Counted from the first letter of the whole stretch, positions 1 through 13,039 are shown. The stretch: DNA of 63,944 nt, filler included, from Choristocarpus tenellus KU-1152 (GCA_964200185.2; 16 parts of 16 records of this genome joined end to end with filler, not necessarily neighbours in it), one strand, 5' to 3'. Made by a program: numbers and translations. Notes: generated by a model not told the origin, from the letters alone.

Positions 1-299
1 CCCCTGACACATCTGCAAAATGTCAGAGGGAATAATAGTAAAAATAGTTAATATTCAGTGTATGTTTTACCATGTAACTCAACTACTAGCTTTAGGCGAC
101 GAGCCTTACATGCACCAAGCTCTTTATCACCCTCTGTCCCATAAGTCTGTGACGATAAAGGTGCAACTTCTGGAGAAGATGTTTTATAGGTGAAAATCGT
201 TCTTCGTCACTTGCCTCGTGTCCATTAATCCACCAACCCAGCAATGCATCGAAAGCCTCTCTCTGTCGATTCTGACTGATTTTGGCAGACCTCCCTCAC

Positions 300-690
300 A
301 CTACCTTTTCTTAGTACCTTGAACTAGTTACTCCCAAGCGCCTTCAAAACTTGATCGTACAGCTTAAAGAGGCTTTGTGACACCCTCTTTAATGTAGCTG
401 CGTCGTACATGCCGTACATGCTCTTTATCCCCTTCACAAGATCGCCCGTTGTTCTGTAACGATCTCTCCATACCCAGTGCAAAGAACCCCAAATCGTTGA
501 TATTGAAATCAGGTGACTGTGCAGGCTGTGTTATGAGCTTGATGTTCCACCCCCCCTCCCTCTCGACTTTGTTGTGCTTCCCTGGCATTTATTTTCCTGT
601 TTGGGGGGTTACTCCGTCCTTCTTCGCGACTACCTCCTCACCCTCTAACCACAACATTTTTTCCTTTAACATGGGAAGGACAAGTCTCTA
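300..690 (-). pseudogene. Tc1/mariner (DD39D-like) transposase C-terminal relic
   Basis: Minus frame reads VLPMLKEKMLWLEGEEVVAKKDGVTPQTGK*MPGK...GWNIKLITQPAQSPDFNINDLGFFA, then YDQVLKALGSN*FKV. This matches the QQDGAxPH...QPPNSPDxNxxDLGFF...GGNxYK motifs of this group. In-frame stops present. Confidence 0.85.
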
Positions 691-1999
691 TGTGCCACTC
701 GCAGCACCACTCGACATCGATGGTCACATTGAAGACGTACTGCTGCCCCCTCTTATGGCATTGACCTTTCGAATCTTCGCATGTTTTGTTGGTGTGATTT
801 CCGATGGCTGCCCGATCTGTGACGCTGGATTCAGCGAAAGCGTGTTACCATTGTCCAATTGTTCTTGTACACACGCCCACAGTTATCTTGGATATTGTTA
901 GCCAATTACCAAACTACTCTGCCAACTCTGGCCCAACACCTTTTGGAAGCTGTTTCTTATCTGAAGGTAGCGCTAAAGTGTAGCGTAAAGTCAATGCGTT
1001 TCGACCTTTCTTGCTCAGGTCACCATTTTTTCCCGGAATTAACCAGACAAATCACTCCACCAACTAGTATGTGGGGGAATTATTTTTCTCGTATAAGTGT
1101 ACATGTTTACAGCATTGGAGTTAGGGTTTTGTTCTCTGAGGCATTATGGATGGACGGTGTTGGTAGGGAGCTTGATTTTTTTTTCAAATTCAAATTTATG
1201 AACCTTCTTGAACTCCAACTTTGTCACAAAACATTGGAGGAGGGGGGAAGAAACCATAGTTGGTGAGCTTCCATTTCAACTGTGGCTGTCAATTCCAATA
1301 CTACATCAACCGGCACATTCTTGCAACACTTCAATGCAACACCTCAATACTCACCATTTTTTTCCTGGGTCAGTGAACCCCTGGCGAAAGACGGCGGACT
1401 CCAGAGTGGCTGCATTGGCTATGGGATTCTCTTCGTAGATGGGTTGGAGGCTAACCAAGAGTCGCACGGCTCTTGGCAAGGTGCTGAGATGTTGAGTGAC
1501 AATGGGGGGGCATTGTACCCGCTGCCAAGTGCTGCGCAGTCACTGAAAATTGTGCCTAAAAAGGACCGTTTTTTCACTTCTCCGAACAGATTCAGAACTA
1601 CTTCGGAACAAAATTCGAAAACCAAAACTCCCCTCCCAAACTATTATACCCCAACCTTCTGTTTGAGGCATATATCACCGAGAAAGTCTTGATAATCGTG
1701 AAGAAAAGGCAAGAAAAAAATGTGAAAATTCAAAACATGGCACATTTATTTGTGGGAAAGAGGGTACTACATTATTTCTTGAAGCAACCAGATACCTTAA
1801 CAGTACAACTAGTCTACTCAGGGTTGCATATGATACATGATACACGATATACTATTTGGAGAAAATTGTGATATGTGGCAAATCTGACTTATCCGAAATT
1901 GGAAGATGCATCTGAAGTTATAATACCTAATTCACCAGAAATGATCAATATACCTGTCAGCGGGTAGAATATTTCGTCACATACACAACTAAATGAGAT

Positions 2000-3330
2000 G
2001 AAAAAGTGCTGACCTTCACAACGATGGTCTTCCCCAAGGGTACCTTGGACCTCCCCCACAGGCAGTGCTCTTCCTTCGCTGTAGGACTGCACGGTATAGT
2101 CTTTCTTGATTGCTTTGAGGGTCTCAACCAAGGATGAGGCCACATCATCCATACTCCTTCTAGCTCGAGTTCCCTGGCAGGGGATTTCACCACAGCCTCA
2201 GGGACTTTCCGTGGCAAGAGGCAAAGAGGTTGTGAATGACTGCAATCCTGATCCTTGCAAAGATCGAAGCAATGCAGCACATGTGCCATCTGCTCTTGAA
2301 CTGGCTCCCACACCCATCAATCCAGATGTGGAGCACGTGTAGGTCCTGTTCGTATTCCTGGGCCATGAGTTTAAAGCATCAGTCGTTCACAAGCTTCTTC
2401 AGTATGTACTGAACGAACTGGTTGTCTTAGCTGGTGTCTTCGCTGACAGCCACAAAGCTGTGTGCCCATTCCTGCCGTGTACCAGGTTTCTAGTCTCCCT
2501 CAGGTCCTTCATCCACACAACCGCTTCTAAGATTGCACTGAAGTTTACCATGGCAGTGTACCCATCAAGGAGGCGAGCTATACGTACAACATGTTGTGAA
2601 AGATACATGTACGTTTTCGTACAGCCAATATGACAAATACTGATCCCATTATGCACACAGACAAATTTATGGGTAGGAAAACCCCATAATTGTGCGAGGA
2701 GATAGCCCGCAGGTAGATAATCCAGCGTGTCCTAGCTTGGCAACGAGCCCCACTTTTAGAGAGCTTTCAATAACTGCAGGATCGGATCCGAGCCAGATCA
2801 CTCTCCCGACTTCCTACACAGATAGCGTAAAAGAGGGGCCCAAGAATGGACTCAAGGGGAATGGTAGAGATTGAGGATAGCACCTCGGAGAGAGTGCACG
2901 ACTAGTGGTGTATGGCTCATGGATATTACTGGGTAGATTCCTGGTCTTCGATTTTTTTAGTTATTGAGATACCACTGTACCATTGTGGTAAACAGTTGTG
3001 TGACAATTTATCCTGGTATAGCCGTGGTATCTCGACAAGGGGCACATATGATATGTGTGTTTCTTTGTGAATATATTATTTGATGGCATGTGTGTTTCAG
3101 TGCAATGTAGGGAAAGTGAGTACTGGCAACTGGGACCAGTCGAGATGTCGTCTGGCGCGCAAGGCAGACAAAATTTTGCGCCCAGGTGGAGCAGGTAAAT
3201 TGAAGACCTGAGAAAAATATTTACCCTGATGATCCTTACTCTTATTGAGTAGACTGATGTGTGACGTATCCACAAAGGTGCCATAGCGTGTAAGGGCATC
3301 ACTGGTAAGCCCCCTGTGTAGACAAAAACT
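2000..3330 (-). pseudogene. Sola2-like DDE transposase relic (core about 2190-2660)
   Basis: Minus frame reads SFVAVSEDTS*DNQFVQYILKKL...LHIWIDGCGSQFKSRW...IHNLFASCHGKSL then AVVKS, matching the ISDDxxHD / WSDGCxxQ(F/Y)K / FxxxHGKxxxDGxGGxVK motifs of Sola2-type transposases. The upstream Cys-rich part (MAPLWIRH..., about 3000-3330) is weaker. Stops and frameshifts present. Confidence 0.7.
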
Positions 3331-4474
3331 GATGTGCCTGCAAGACCAGCATGACACAGGCTCTTGTACTGGGACCAGGAAGGAACTATTTCCATCTTTC
3401 TACCAGACCTGTGGTAAGCAGGGCCACAAGGGGGCTGTATGTCAATCTGGGATGGCTGCAATACCCTCGCTTCAGTAGGAGCAGCAGGAAGAACTGTAAC
3501 AGCATGGTACACCATCCTTTGTTAATCTATAAAAACAATTTAGTCATGGGGAACCCTGGCAACAACCGCCCCATAGTTATTCAGTTTGGAAATGAATGAT
3601 CGCGCCTCAACTTGTTCCCTGGACCGATGTATCTAGCTGTTGTTGTACCATCTTTATTCGTTCATATCCGTTTGGAGAATAGGCTAGTATACAATTTAAT
3701 TGTGGTTCATTACTGACCTTTTAGCTTTGACATTCCCTGACCCACATCAACCCCTCAAAACCGTTGTGGGCACACTCATCCCTAGCCCCTTGTCCAGCAG
3801 GCATGATGCAGTACCTATCAACCATAAATTGTGGTTATTAAACTGGCATCCTGATGTTCCAGCACTTCTCTGTCACAACTATCATGTCCAACACAGTGAC
3901 TCTTTCAGTGTTATGAAGCTGAGGCTTGTGTACCTTCCGCACTGGTCAGCACCCCCAAAGCAAATACTGCATTTGGACTCCTGCTGCTGTGTTCGAGTCT
4001 CGAGTTATGCATTCATGTGAATGAAGAACATACACGCACAAAATATAGATATTCGGAGCAATATCTTCTCAGTCCGTCACACACCCAAAGATTAGCAAAT
4101 ACTTGTAGAAATAGGGGAAGTACCTGCAAGAGATACAATACTACTACTACTGTCAACAAAATGTACTATTTACAGGTGTTCTCCAAGAAGTCACTTACAG
4201 GAGGGATCAATCTACGAGAAGTATTTTGATTATTTCATATATAAATGGAAAATGAGAAGTTGGTTTGACTTAATGGAAAATGTACATACGTTGAAACATA
4301 CAGATGCCTCTACAAATTGATTCCTACCCAGCTACATGGACCAGCCAACGGTTATCAATTTGGACTATAAATTGTTTCACTTCTTTGCCATATCAATTTC
4401 CACATAGCGTCATGCATCTCTACACTTGGTTAAAAGTTGAAGACTAGGAAAAGATTATTAGTTTCAAACATATG

Positions 4475-4657
4475 GGTTCAGAGTATCTGGGGGGGGGGGA
4501 TGACGGCTGTGCACTTGTGGTCAGGTTTTTCATGTCACGATTTTGTGTGATTTTGTTGCATACGTCGGATGGATAATGTAAATGCAATTTTCCTGATTTT
4601 GGTCCAAACGGACCCCCTGGTGCATATCCCCCTCCACCGCCCCAAGTACGTTGGGTC
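4475..4657. mobile_element. MITE family B copy
   Basis: Ends GGTTCAGAGTATCTGGGG ... CCCAAGTACGTTGGGTC (degenerate TIR); flanked by TATG/TATG. Confidence 0.8.
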
Positions 4658-4670
4658 TATGCCATCAAAT

Positions 4671-4850
4671 GGCTCAAAGTATCTGGGAGGGGGGGTTGGC
4701 TGTCCATTTGAGGTCAATTTTTTCATATCGGGATTTTTAGGCGATTTGGTTGCCATAAGTCGGATGGATAATGCAAATGCACTTTTCCCAATTTTGGTCC
4801 AAATGGACACCCTCGTGTAGACCCCCCCACCCACCCAGATACTTTGGGTC
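4671..4850. mobile_element. MITE family B copy
   Basis: GGCTCAAAGTATCTGGG ... CCCAGATACTTTGGGTC; flanked by AAT/AAT. Partial B ends sit at contig breaks 6012-6044, 13383-13411, 26695-26769, 26870-26935, 29389-29408, 35716-35753, 48393-48413. Confidence 0.88.
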
Positions 4851-4875
4851 AATAAAGTCTTAATGGGGGGCTTCA

Positions 4876-5137
4876 GACCCAAAGTATCTCAGAGGGTAGA
4901 GCCGCGTCCGTTTGGTGACCAAATCCAATGTCGCGATTTTGATGTAATTTTGGCTATCGTGTTTGTTAGGAATTGTCAATATCCTTGTTCCAGACATACC
5001 TTTTCATTACGTATATACATTTTACCTACTCCAAAACATTTCGGAGTAGGTAAAATGTCATTAAAAAAAGCCGTGGGAAGCCAAGCCCCAAACGGACAAA
5101 CAGGGCAAAACTCATACCCTCTAAGATACTTTCACTC
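4876..5137 (+). mobile_element. MITE family A copy (~260 bp)
   Basis: GACCCAAAGTATCTCAGAGGGTA ... TACCCTCTAAGATACTTTCACTC; flanked by TCA/TCA; internal sequence shared with other A copies. Confidence 0.9.
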
Positions 5138-5392
5138 TCAATCAAAACACTACCAATCTGTACAATGGCGTTTACTACAAAAAAGTTTGAAGTTAGTGAT
5201 CTCGGGAATTAGGATCATTGTTGTGAGATCCCACAGCCACACCTGGCAGGAGGCTTTTTGTGGTGGCCCTTGCTGTGAGATTCCAATTCCTGTCTTTATA
5301 GTTCATGACGAAGCACATGTGACCCTTGTGTTCGCATAAGGAGATGCTTTGAAGTACTGTACACACTAAATGTTGCTACCAGTATACACGAA

Positions 5393-5570
5393 GGCTCATA
5401 GTATCTGGGGGGGGGGGATACACACCAGGGTGCCCATTCGGTCCCTGATCAGGAGAAGTGCACTTACATTGTCCATCTGATGCATGCAACCAAATCACCC
5501 AAAAATCGTGACATGCAAAAATGGGCCCTGAATTGGCAGCCGCCCCCGCCCCCCCTAGATACTTTGAGGC
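5393..5570. mobile_element. MITE family B copy (inverted relative to 4671-4850)
   Basis: GGCTCATAGTATCTGGGG ... CCTAGATACTTTGAGGC; flanks CGAA/TGAA. Confidence 0.82.
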
Positions 5571-6044
5571 TGAAGTACTAGTTATGTACATAGCAAAACA
5601 ATTTATGTAGTACAGTAGATTAGTGATGGACCGGGACATTGGAATATAGTGATGTTGAAGTAATATATTCTGGGAAAATGCATCAGTTAGTGATCCACCG
5701 ATTGTGAGAAAGTGTATCACGATTATGGAGACTAGGAACTACCCCCCCTTATGGATAGGTCTCACTTTTCGCTGTAGCTTAATCAAGCAGATTCTACATC
5801 ATCTTCTTCTTGGTAAAGAAGCACACACTTTGGTAGTGTGCGAACACGTTTAAAAATGAGCCATCTTCCGTATAGTGCTATACGAACCAGGAGGTACTGC
5901 ACGAACTCTTGATTGGATGAAGCAGCAGAAGGAAGTGTCAGGAACGTCATGGCTTTGGAGGGTGATCGAAAGATGGCGGCAGAAATCGAGGTAGCCGTAG
6001 AATCGAGAGTAGACCCAAAGTATCTGGGAGGGGGGGGGGGTCTA

Positions 6045-6144
6045 NNNNNNNNNNNNNNNNNNNNNNNNNNNNNNNNNNNNNNNNNNNNTTAATTAATTAA
6101 NNNNNNNNNNNNNNNNNNNNNNNNNNNNNNNNNNNNNNNNNNNN
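6045..6144. other. Artificial contig-joining spacer (first of 15)
   Basis: 44 N + TTAATTAATTAA (stops in all six frames) + 44 N. Identical spacers at 9047-9146, 13283-13382, 15976-16075, 19657-19756, 26770-26869, 29409-29508, 32864-32963, 35754-35853, 40528-40627, 43646-43745, 48293-48392, 52282-52381, 55378-55477, 59731-59830. Confidence 0.98.
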
Positions 6145-6546
6145 TTTTTGTAAATCCCCCTGCGACCACCCCAGGCTGTGCACGAGAGATTCTGAGCGAT
6201 ATCATCTAAGGGGGGGGGGGGAGCTGTTAAGTTTCGATGGGCCCTACGACTGACTGCCTTGTGTTAAATCTGTTTTGTGAGATTTGGAGATACTTCCGGC
6301 TAACACTCAGAGACCATGATTGTGTTTTGCACCAAGCTTCAACTCAGCCTTGAAACTCGATAGGGTCAAAATCGATCCTGCCCTTTGATCGTTTCACTCT
6401 CTCTACCTTTCAAGTCAGAATGCATTCTGACCGATAATTTTAATAGGATACACTAACTCCTTACTCTGGAGTACCTGATTACACCTCGCAGACGACCGTG
6501 ATTGATTGCGCCGCGCACGTACACGTACATACTGACATTGCTACAG

Positions 6547-7610
6547 GCGCTGAACTCGATCTGTGACAATGTGGATTCTATCGAGGGCGTGTTACGATCC
6601 AACTTGGATAGGGGAAAGACCAATGGCATCGGTGGAAGGGAGGGGGGAGGGGGGGTGAGAGGTCTTGATCGAGAGGCCATGGCGGCAAGTCTTTCACGTG
6701 CACGTGGGAAGGAGGTACAGAGTATGGTTGTAAATATATATATTCTTTGTTGCTATGCGTTGGACTGCTTCAGTAGTATAATAGTAAGTAGTTGGACATA
6801 ATCGTCTTATCAGTGCATTTTTTTTTTTCTAGTTCTGCCATTATATCTCATGTTGTGAGATAATAGAAGAAACACTGCCAACGGCAAGCAATACAGTGGT
6901 CATTGCAAGGTCAGGACTCTGGCTTATTTTGAAGTAGGGGATGAGTGCCTTGTGGGCTGGTTTGAGAGGCAGTGTGGGATAGGTCTGGGCCTTAGACACT
7001 CCAGTAGTCATTTTTTGAGTATGAACACCTTGCTAGCGTGTATGACTGTGTTTTTATTTATTATGCCCAACTCTGTTCATTTGATTTGGGGTAAGTGAAA
7101 GTGCCTTCTACGCCTGAGCCACGAAGCTTTATCCTGAATACATAGAGAGAGGTGCAAGAACCACCATTATTTCTCATGTATTTGAAAACGAGCAATTGCC
7201 AATGGTTTCCTTTCTACCCAAGAACATGGATAAGCAGACTTAGTAAGTAAGGTAACACTTCTTTCAGTGTTGGCTAGCCAACTTTCAAGAACATATTATC
7301 TTAGGTTCAAGCTGCCAAGAGTCTTCCACAATATCTCCTATTCTTGTTTATGGTTGCACTCTACCCTCCACCTCTGCATCATACTTGTGCCCTGGCCTTT
7401 ATGTCCTCTCCTCCTCCATTCCACATCGTACACATTGTACAGATATCGAACCAAGAGTTGGACCTAATCTTCGACGTTTTTGACACAAGTGGTGATGGGC
7501 GCATTGGGATTGCCGAGTACGGCGAGATGCTGGCTGATCACGCTGGTTCATTGCGTCTACGTGGTTTGAGGGGCGACCACAACAGAGCCAATGGCAGCTA
7601 CAGCCAATGA
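6547..7610 (+). CDS. 3' end of an EF-hand calcium-binding protein gene (exons 6547-6714 and 7443-7610); possibly MICU-like
   Basis: Splice sites CTACAG|GCG...GAG|GTACAG and GTACAG|ATA join in phase 0 to give ...GLDREAMAASLSRARGKE/ISNQELDLIFDVFDTSGDGRIGIAEYGEML...*, with a canonical DxSxDGxIxxxE EF loop. The MICU resemblance is by eye only. Confidence 0.75.
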
Positions 7611-8883
7611 TGTCCGACTCACTGTTGCAACTATTCTCTGTTGGTGTGCAATGTACAGTAGAAGTTGACCATTGAGGTGGAGCACTTTGTTTGGTTATTG
7701 GTTGGGGGTGAATAGATGTGGAGTGAAGTTGCGGCTGGACTGGACTTTCTTGCATTTGTATCGACAGTGTGTACATGTATGTGTTTGTGTTTGCGGTTTA
7801 TGTAGATTGGACTCTTGTCTGCACCGCTAAAGAAATTATGGGTGTGTTACGTACGGGAGGATGTGACTGTTTGGTGGATCGAGGCAAGAAAAGGGTGCAT
7901 AGGGACACACTCAATTGCACGGTGGGTTGGTTAGGTAGGGCCGCCAGATTTACTTACCGTTGTAGTAGGAGAAGGGTCGTTATTTCCTGAAGAAGCATTC
8001 TCACACATGTGTGTATGTGTTCGGGGGAGAGTGTATAATTGTAGTCGCTTGTTCTTTAATTTGCATATTGGATTTTTGACATACGTGTAACAGCAAGGTA
8101 TTCCGGATGGATATGTTACAGGGAACATGGGTAATGTGTGGTAAAGATTGATGACAGTTGTCACTTGCACCACAGAGAGTAGCATCCACTGTTTTAAGGT
8201 GTGGAGAATTTATTGTGCCCTCATTACTTTGTTTTTTTCGGTTTTTGGATGGTAGTTTTGTTATCTTGAGGATTTCTTTGTGTAAGGATAGCGTACTTCT
8301 TTGGTGATTGATTTTATTATTTTTTGAGAGGAACGAGAAGTTGCGATTACTTCAAATATTTGGACTTAGTTTAAATGGTGTTAATCTAGTATTCTCACTC
8401 CAGTTTTAGAGTATGTACTAACCGTAGTCATAGTGATGTGTTTCCAATATGTATATTTGCTTCTACAACAGCGGTTAAGCTGTGCTTTGAAACATTCCGA
8501 GGAGGTTGCCCATGCGTTAACCTAGCAAAAATGTACATGCTGAGGCTGTACTGTTTCAGTCCTAAATTTTGCCAAGTAGATCTCATTCTCTATCACTCTG
8601 TAGTTATATATTATCTTATGCTTGGTCTGCTAGAACCTTCCATTGCAATATATTGGGGAGATTCCCCTGTTTCGGTAAGTACCCGAATGCTTACTACTTG
8701 TTTAGAGCCAGAGTGAATGAGAGGTACCCAGGTTTTGCTCGTTTTACATTTTTAGTCTGCTGTTCAATATTTTGCGATTCAACCATATTTCTTCGGATGA
8801 AATTCTAAGTTTTTGACTTGACGGGGTTGATTTCTCTATTATTTGAATCTTCTCCGACACAGTTTAGAAAATATCCTATATAC

Positions 8884-9046
8884 AACAGCGTATTCTCAAA
8901 ATTGAGGATGGAGGATACTATGGAGGATGGGTTTGACCCAAAATTGACCGGGAAAAAGTGTCGGTAAGTTTTTTTTTGTAAATGTTGCGGCACTTTTTAA
9001 GCGCCCCTTTTTGAATGGGATATATTTTTGTTCAAATCTATTTCGG
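8884..9046. mobile_element. Family C element left end (cut by contig end)
   Basis: AACAGCG...CAAAATTGAGGATGGAG...GAGGATGGGTTTGACCCAAAATTGAC, shared with 17269 and 53087. Matching right ends occur at 35854-35970 and 40628-40766. Confidence 0.8.
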
Positions 9047-10319
9047 NNNNNNNNNNNNNNNNNNNNNNNNNNNNNNNNNNNNNNNNNNNNTTAATTAATT
9101 AANNNNNNNNNNNNNNNNNNNNNNNNNNNNNNNNNNNNNNNNNNNNTTTCAGTCACGGTGAGGAGAGGTGTTTGTGTGACGCGGGGGGCTGGATTGGGAT
9201 ATGTGAAGAACAATCTGGGAGAAAAAAAGAAAAAATTCTTACGGTTTTTTCCCGTTCTGTTTTCAAATATATATATATATATATATATATAGGTTTCCTC
9301 CAGGGTACCCAAGGTGCTTTTGTGTCAAGACATAGGCAGGCGACTAACAATTAGAGACATCTCAAATCAATCCTGTGTCGTTAACTGAAAAAAGAACAAT
9401 AGAACACCTGTGTTTTAAGACCCCACCTCAGCAAGGTGCACCAGGCAGTCCGAAAAGCTTGTCACGGGGATCTACTACTGCAGTTTGTTGATGCAGTGTC
9501 AACACTAACACAGAGGAGGTCAGAGTTACAAGTAGGACTTCAGTTGAGCCAGCGCTATGGTATCACCAGGAGGATAACTCTTGGCGGTAAATTTGTAACA
9601 ACTACTTCTATCGTTCGGAGGGGTTAATGTATTTCGCCATACCGCTCGGCCAAGAGCCCGATTTCCAAGTCATCGCTGAAGGGACATTTCCAGATTAGTC
9701 AGAGGAGGAGGTTCATGCTTCCACTCTACATGCTGAGGGGGGGGGGGCACAGCTTCTACACAAGAGTGCAACTGAAATGTTAACAGACGTCACTACGTCG
9801 ACATAGGCAGGAAGCATTCCTGTACGCTCATGGGCGGCACATGGGTGTGTGAAGGTGAAGACGGGGGAGAAGATGACACATCATCGAAAACCTGTGTAAA
9901 AAAAGGGAAAAGGTAACGAAAACCTGTGGGTTCAGGGTCACTGACAAACGCATACAGCGGTGGCCTGTGTTGCCATTCCGTGTATTTTTTTTCCGACCAG
10001 GTGTCGTGGGCGCGTGTTGTAATTTAGGCAACACTCAACAGGACCTGGGCCCACACTATTAATCTCAGCTCCAATATCATCCACACGCGCACGCCAAGAG
10101 GCTAACACCCTAACCCCCAAAAGTGAATATATTTGCATGTCTTGACGTACATAAAGATCATGCACAGTGATACGTTTGTCCAGAGAAAAACATTTTTTGA
10201 AGACATGGCAGGTGGAAGGAAGTTCATGCACAATAAATGAAACTAACTTATGTGAGATCTCTTGCCTCTTCCTACTTTACACCATCCAGATCCATATCTC
10301 AATCTCTTCTTTTCCACAC

Positions 10320-11892
10320 CTGCAGCTGCAACAGGAGAAGCTTGGCCTTATACAGGTGTAGGCGGAAGGAGAACTCCGTTTGTTCAGCTGATCCGCACAC
10401 AGCAGATGAGCCAGCACTGTCATCCTGCTTTGCATCTCCTCCACCCCCGCCCCCACTGCCAAATTCAGTGGTAGAATCAGATGGAATGATGAGAGCGGGG
10501 TACGGAATGCAGGAGATAACACGAAGGGGCAAGCGAATGCTTTCAAATTATGACTGGAGAAGGTGAAAGAGAGTTATATTAGTGGGGCAGGGGGGTGGGG
10601 GAGTGGTTCGGCAGCCCCTGCACGGTTAACCTTCTTAATATACAGTGTGTACCTGATCAGTACAGGAGTGTGCATATATGTATATATATATATATACACC
10701 CACTGGAAATGGAATCTTGCCATTCCCCACCATGATGTTACAATGAACAATAGATGAGAGAAAAATATTCCATTATTCCAATTGCAAAACAAAAGTGGGG
10801 TGTGGGGGAGAAAGGAAAAGGACGCCAGTGTTTGTCGAGGTTGCGTAAGGGGCATTGGGGTGACCACACCAGAGACTTCCTTTTGGTAACTATTATCCTT
10901 CACGATTTGAATTTTGCCTAGTTTCTGCTCCGCTTCCCCTCTCCTCCTGTTTCCATGTATGTTTCATTTTAGGAGCGAAGGGATATACAAAGGAGCATTG
11001 TCTAAGTAGTCGTCTGTGCCTGGTACTCTCTTCCAAAACACTATTTTCTGTTACCCAGTAGTCTGCATTAGTTAAGTCTGCACCATCAAGAATACCTAAT
11101 GCTTTGTCTCCCCCCAATGCATTGATTCACACCAACACAACAACACTCGATAGCAGGGATCCCGATAATCACCAGAGAGACATTACTCTTGCCCCCACCC
11201 GTTTTGGACACCTCCCCACCAACACCACACTGTCACCTTTCTCCTGATGAGTTGAGAGCGTGTGGTCGCTCTAAGAAGGCCACAACGGTCGCAGTTTCTC
11301 GACCGAACCGCCGTAAGCTTGCCTCGGTGTGCAGGTTCCCTCGGGCTGAGTGGCACAGCACGTCCAGTAGGAGGAAACAAATGTGGATTGCGAGTGGTTC
11401 ATCCAGGGGCTCGATGTGGAGGAAGAGATGTTCTAGCACCGCCTTAGCAGCACCGTATTGCTTCTCCTGAAAGTAAAGTGCCGCCAGATTGTAAAGGAGC
11501 ACAGACGCATCCGCGTCGAGGTCCGCCAGTCCTACCGCTGTCGACGTCGCTCCAGCTGAAGACCCCATCCGAGCAATAACAGCCCTCCTCCGCTCCCTCT
11601 CTTCTGTCTCGCTCTCTGGGGTCCCAACAATGCCCCTGGCCTTGTCCCTCATCTTCCCACGGATAATTCCAAGAGCTTCTTCGAAGAAACTTGTGTCCGA
11701 GAACCCGCCTCGAGCGTGCTCTGCGAGGGCGTGATTGTGCAGAACACGAAGGTCAATGTCTTGACTGTCCGCTAAGAGGGTTTGCGAGAGGATGGCAAGG
11801 GCTTCTTCATAACGTCCAGCGGTATAGTATGCCTGAGCTTGCATGGCAGCCGGTCCAGACATGTCCCTAGGACTTGGTCCCCCTCCTGCCAT
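10320..11892 (-). CDS. CNOT10: CCR4-NOT transcription complex subunit 10, 5' part (exons 11892-11237 and 10455-10320)
   Basis: TPR-like motifs typical of CNOT10: YEEALAIL...VLHNHALAE; SVLLYNLAALYFQEKQYGAAKAVLEHLFLHIEPLDEPLAIHICFLLLDV; RLHLYKAKLLLL. The donor AG|GTGACA and acceptor TTGGCAG|T join in frame (phase 2); exon 2 ends CAG|GTGTGG. Confidence 0.88.
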
Positions 11893-12605
11893 GTTTCTGG
11901 ACCTCAAAGTAGGTGCACTACGAGATTTAACAAGTGGTCGATGAGGAGTGAGGATAGAGGAGCTTACCTAACCCTAACATAGATGTGTAGACAATAAACC
12001 CCTAACCCTAAGGGCGAAACCACATACACCTACTCTATACCTTGACATAACACACCAACACAAACGAAAAGTGTGTCCGTGACAACTTGCCTTTGATCCG
12101 AATTTGCTGTGGATAAGATTGGCTGGAGAAGCTATCGATCGACTTCGTTCCTACAGACCAGTTGTTTCCGGTAGAGAGGTCGCCAAACGTGCAATCACTG
12201 GTTTCTCTTGAGGTCCACAACATGGCTGATGACAGTGTTGGCAACCACACCATGACAGAAGATGAGCGGTGAGTATAAGGGCTTTGTCATCGATTATATC
12301 CCTGGTTCCCTTTGCGTTGGGAAGTGGATTTAATAGGTATTCATCGAGGAGAGGACCAAGGGTAGTAGAATCCAAGTCATTTGGGATTTTAGGGTCTCCC
12401 CTCCAACAGTGTTTGATTGAGATTGACAATCCATTATTTGAATCCCGACTATAAGTGGATTTCATGCTCAGCAAAGCAATGTTTAACGGTATTCTTCCAG
12501 ACAGCAACTCTGTGTTGCACCTCGTAGACCACCATTGCAATGTCACACCGAACCTGTGTGGCCTTCCTCAACTGGACTGTTAACTATGTGGCCACCGTCG
12601 CGCAG

Positions 12606-13039
12606 CGCTATGCTAGGAGAGGATGCCGATCACGAGACACATAAAGAAGTTAACCCCATCGCGGCCCCAGTGGCCGACGCGGATGATGACTTCGAAAAAA
12701 AGAAGCGTGAGGTAAGGTGCTGTGGAGAAACAATAGTTAACAAGATCTTGAAATGGAGGAGGTTCCACGAAGTTAAGAGTTGTTACGCATTGGTAACCAT
12801 AAAACTTCCGTCCAGAAAATAAGGTGTGTGGTGGCAAGTAGTCAAGCATACATGATATCATATCTGGATGAGTGTATCCCCGCCTCACTTTTTCCCTGTC
12901 ACAGATCGATGGTATGGATGATCCAGAGGAAGAGGAGAAACTCGATGGCCTTCAGCAGATAATATCGGAATCAACAGCAGCGGCCAACAGTAGTGCAGCT
13001 GCAGAAGCAGCGAGATCACCCGATGAGTCGTCCGTGTGA
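12606..13039 (+). CDS. Putative two-exon 3' fragment of an unknown acidic protein (12606-12711, 12905-13039)
   Basis: CGCAG| acceptor, GAG|GTAAGG donor and TCACAG| acceptor join in phase 0: ...DADDDFEKKKRE/IDGMDDPEEEEKLDGLQQ...*. No recognisable domain. Confidence 0.4.

Noticed and set aside
449-1692. Plus-strand ORFs of 135-150 aa
   Set aside because: Antisense to or beside the mariner relic, with no recognisable motifs; probably spurious.
4535-5339. Recurring short ORFs (YILPTPKHFG, SKYLGGG) that look like a small protein family
   Set aside because: They are chance translations of non-coding MITE families A and B.
6089-6100. Regularly recurring TTAATTAATTAA palindrome
   Set aside because: Always centred in 44+44 Ns; it is a synthetic six-frame-stop linker.
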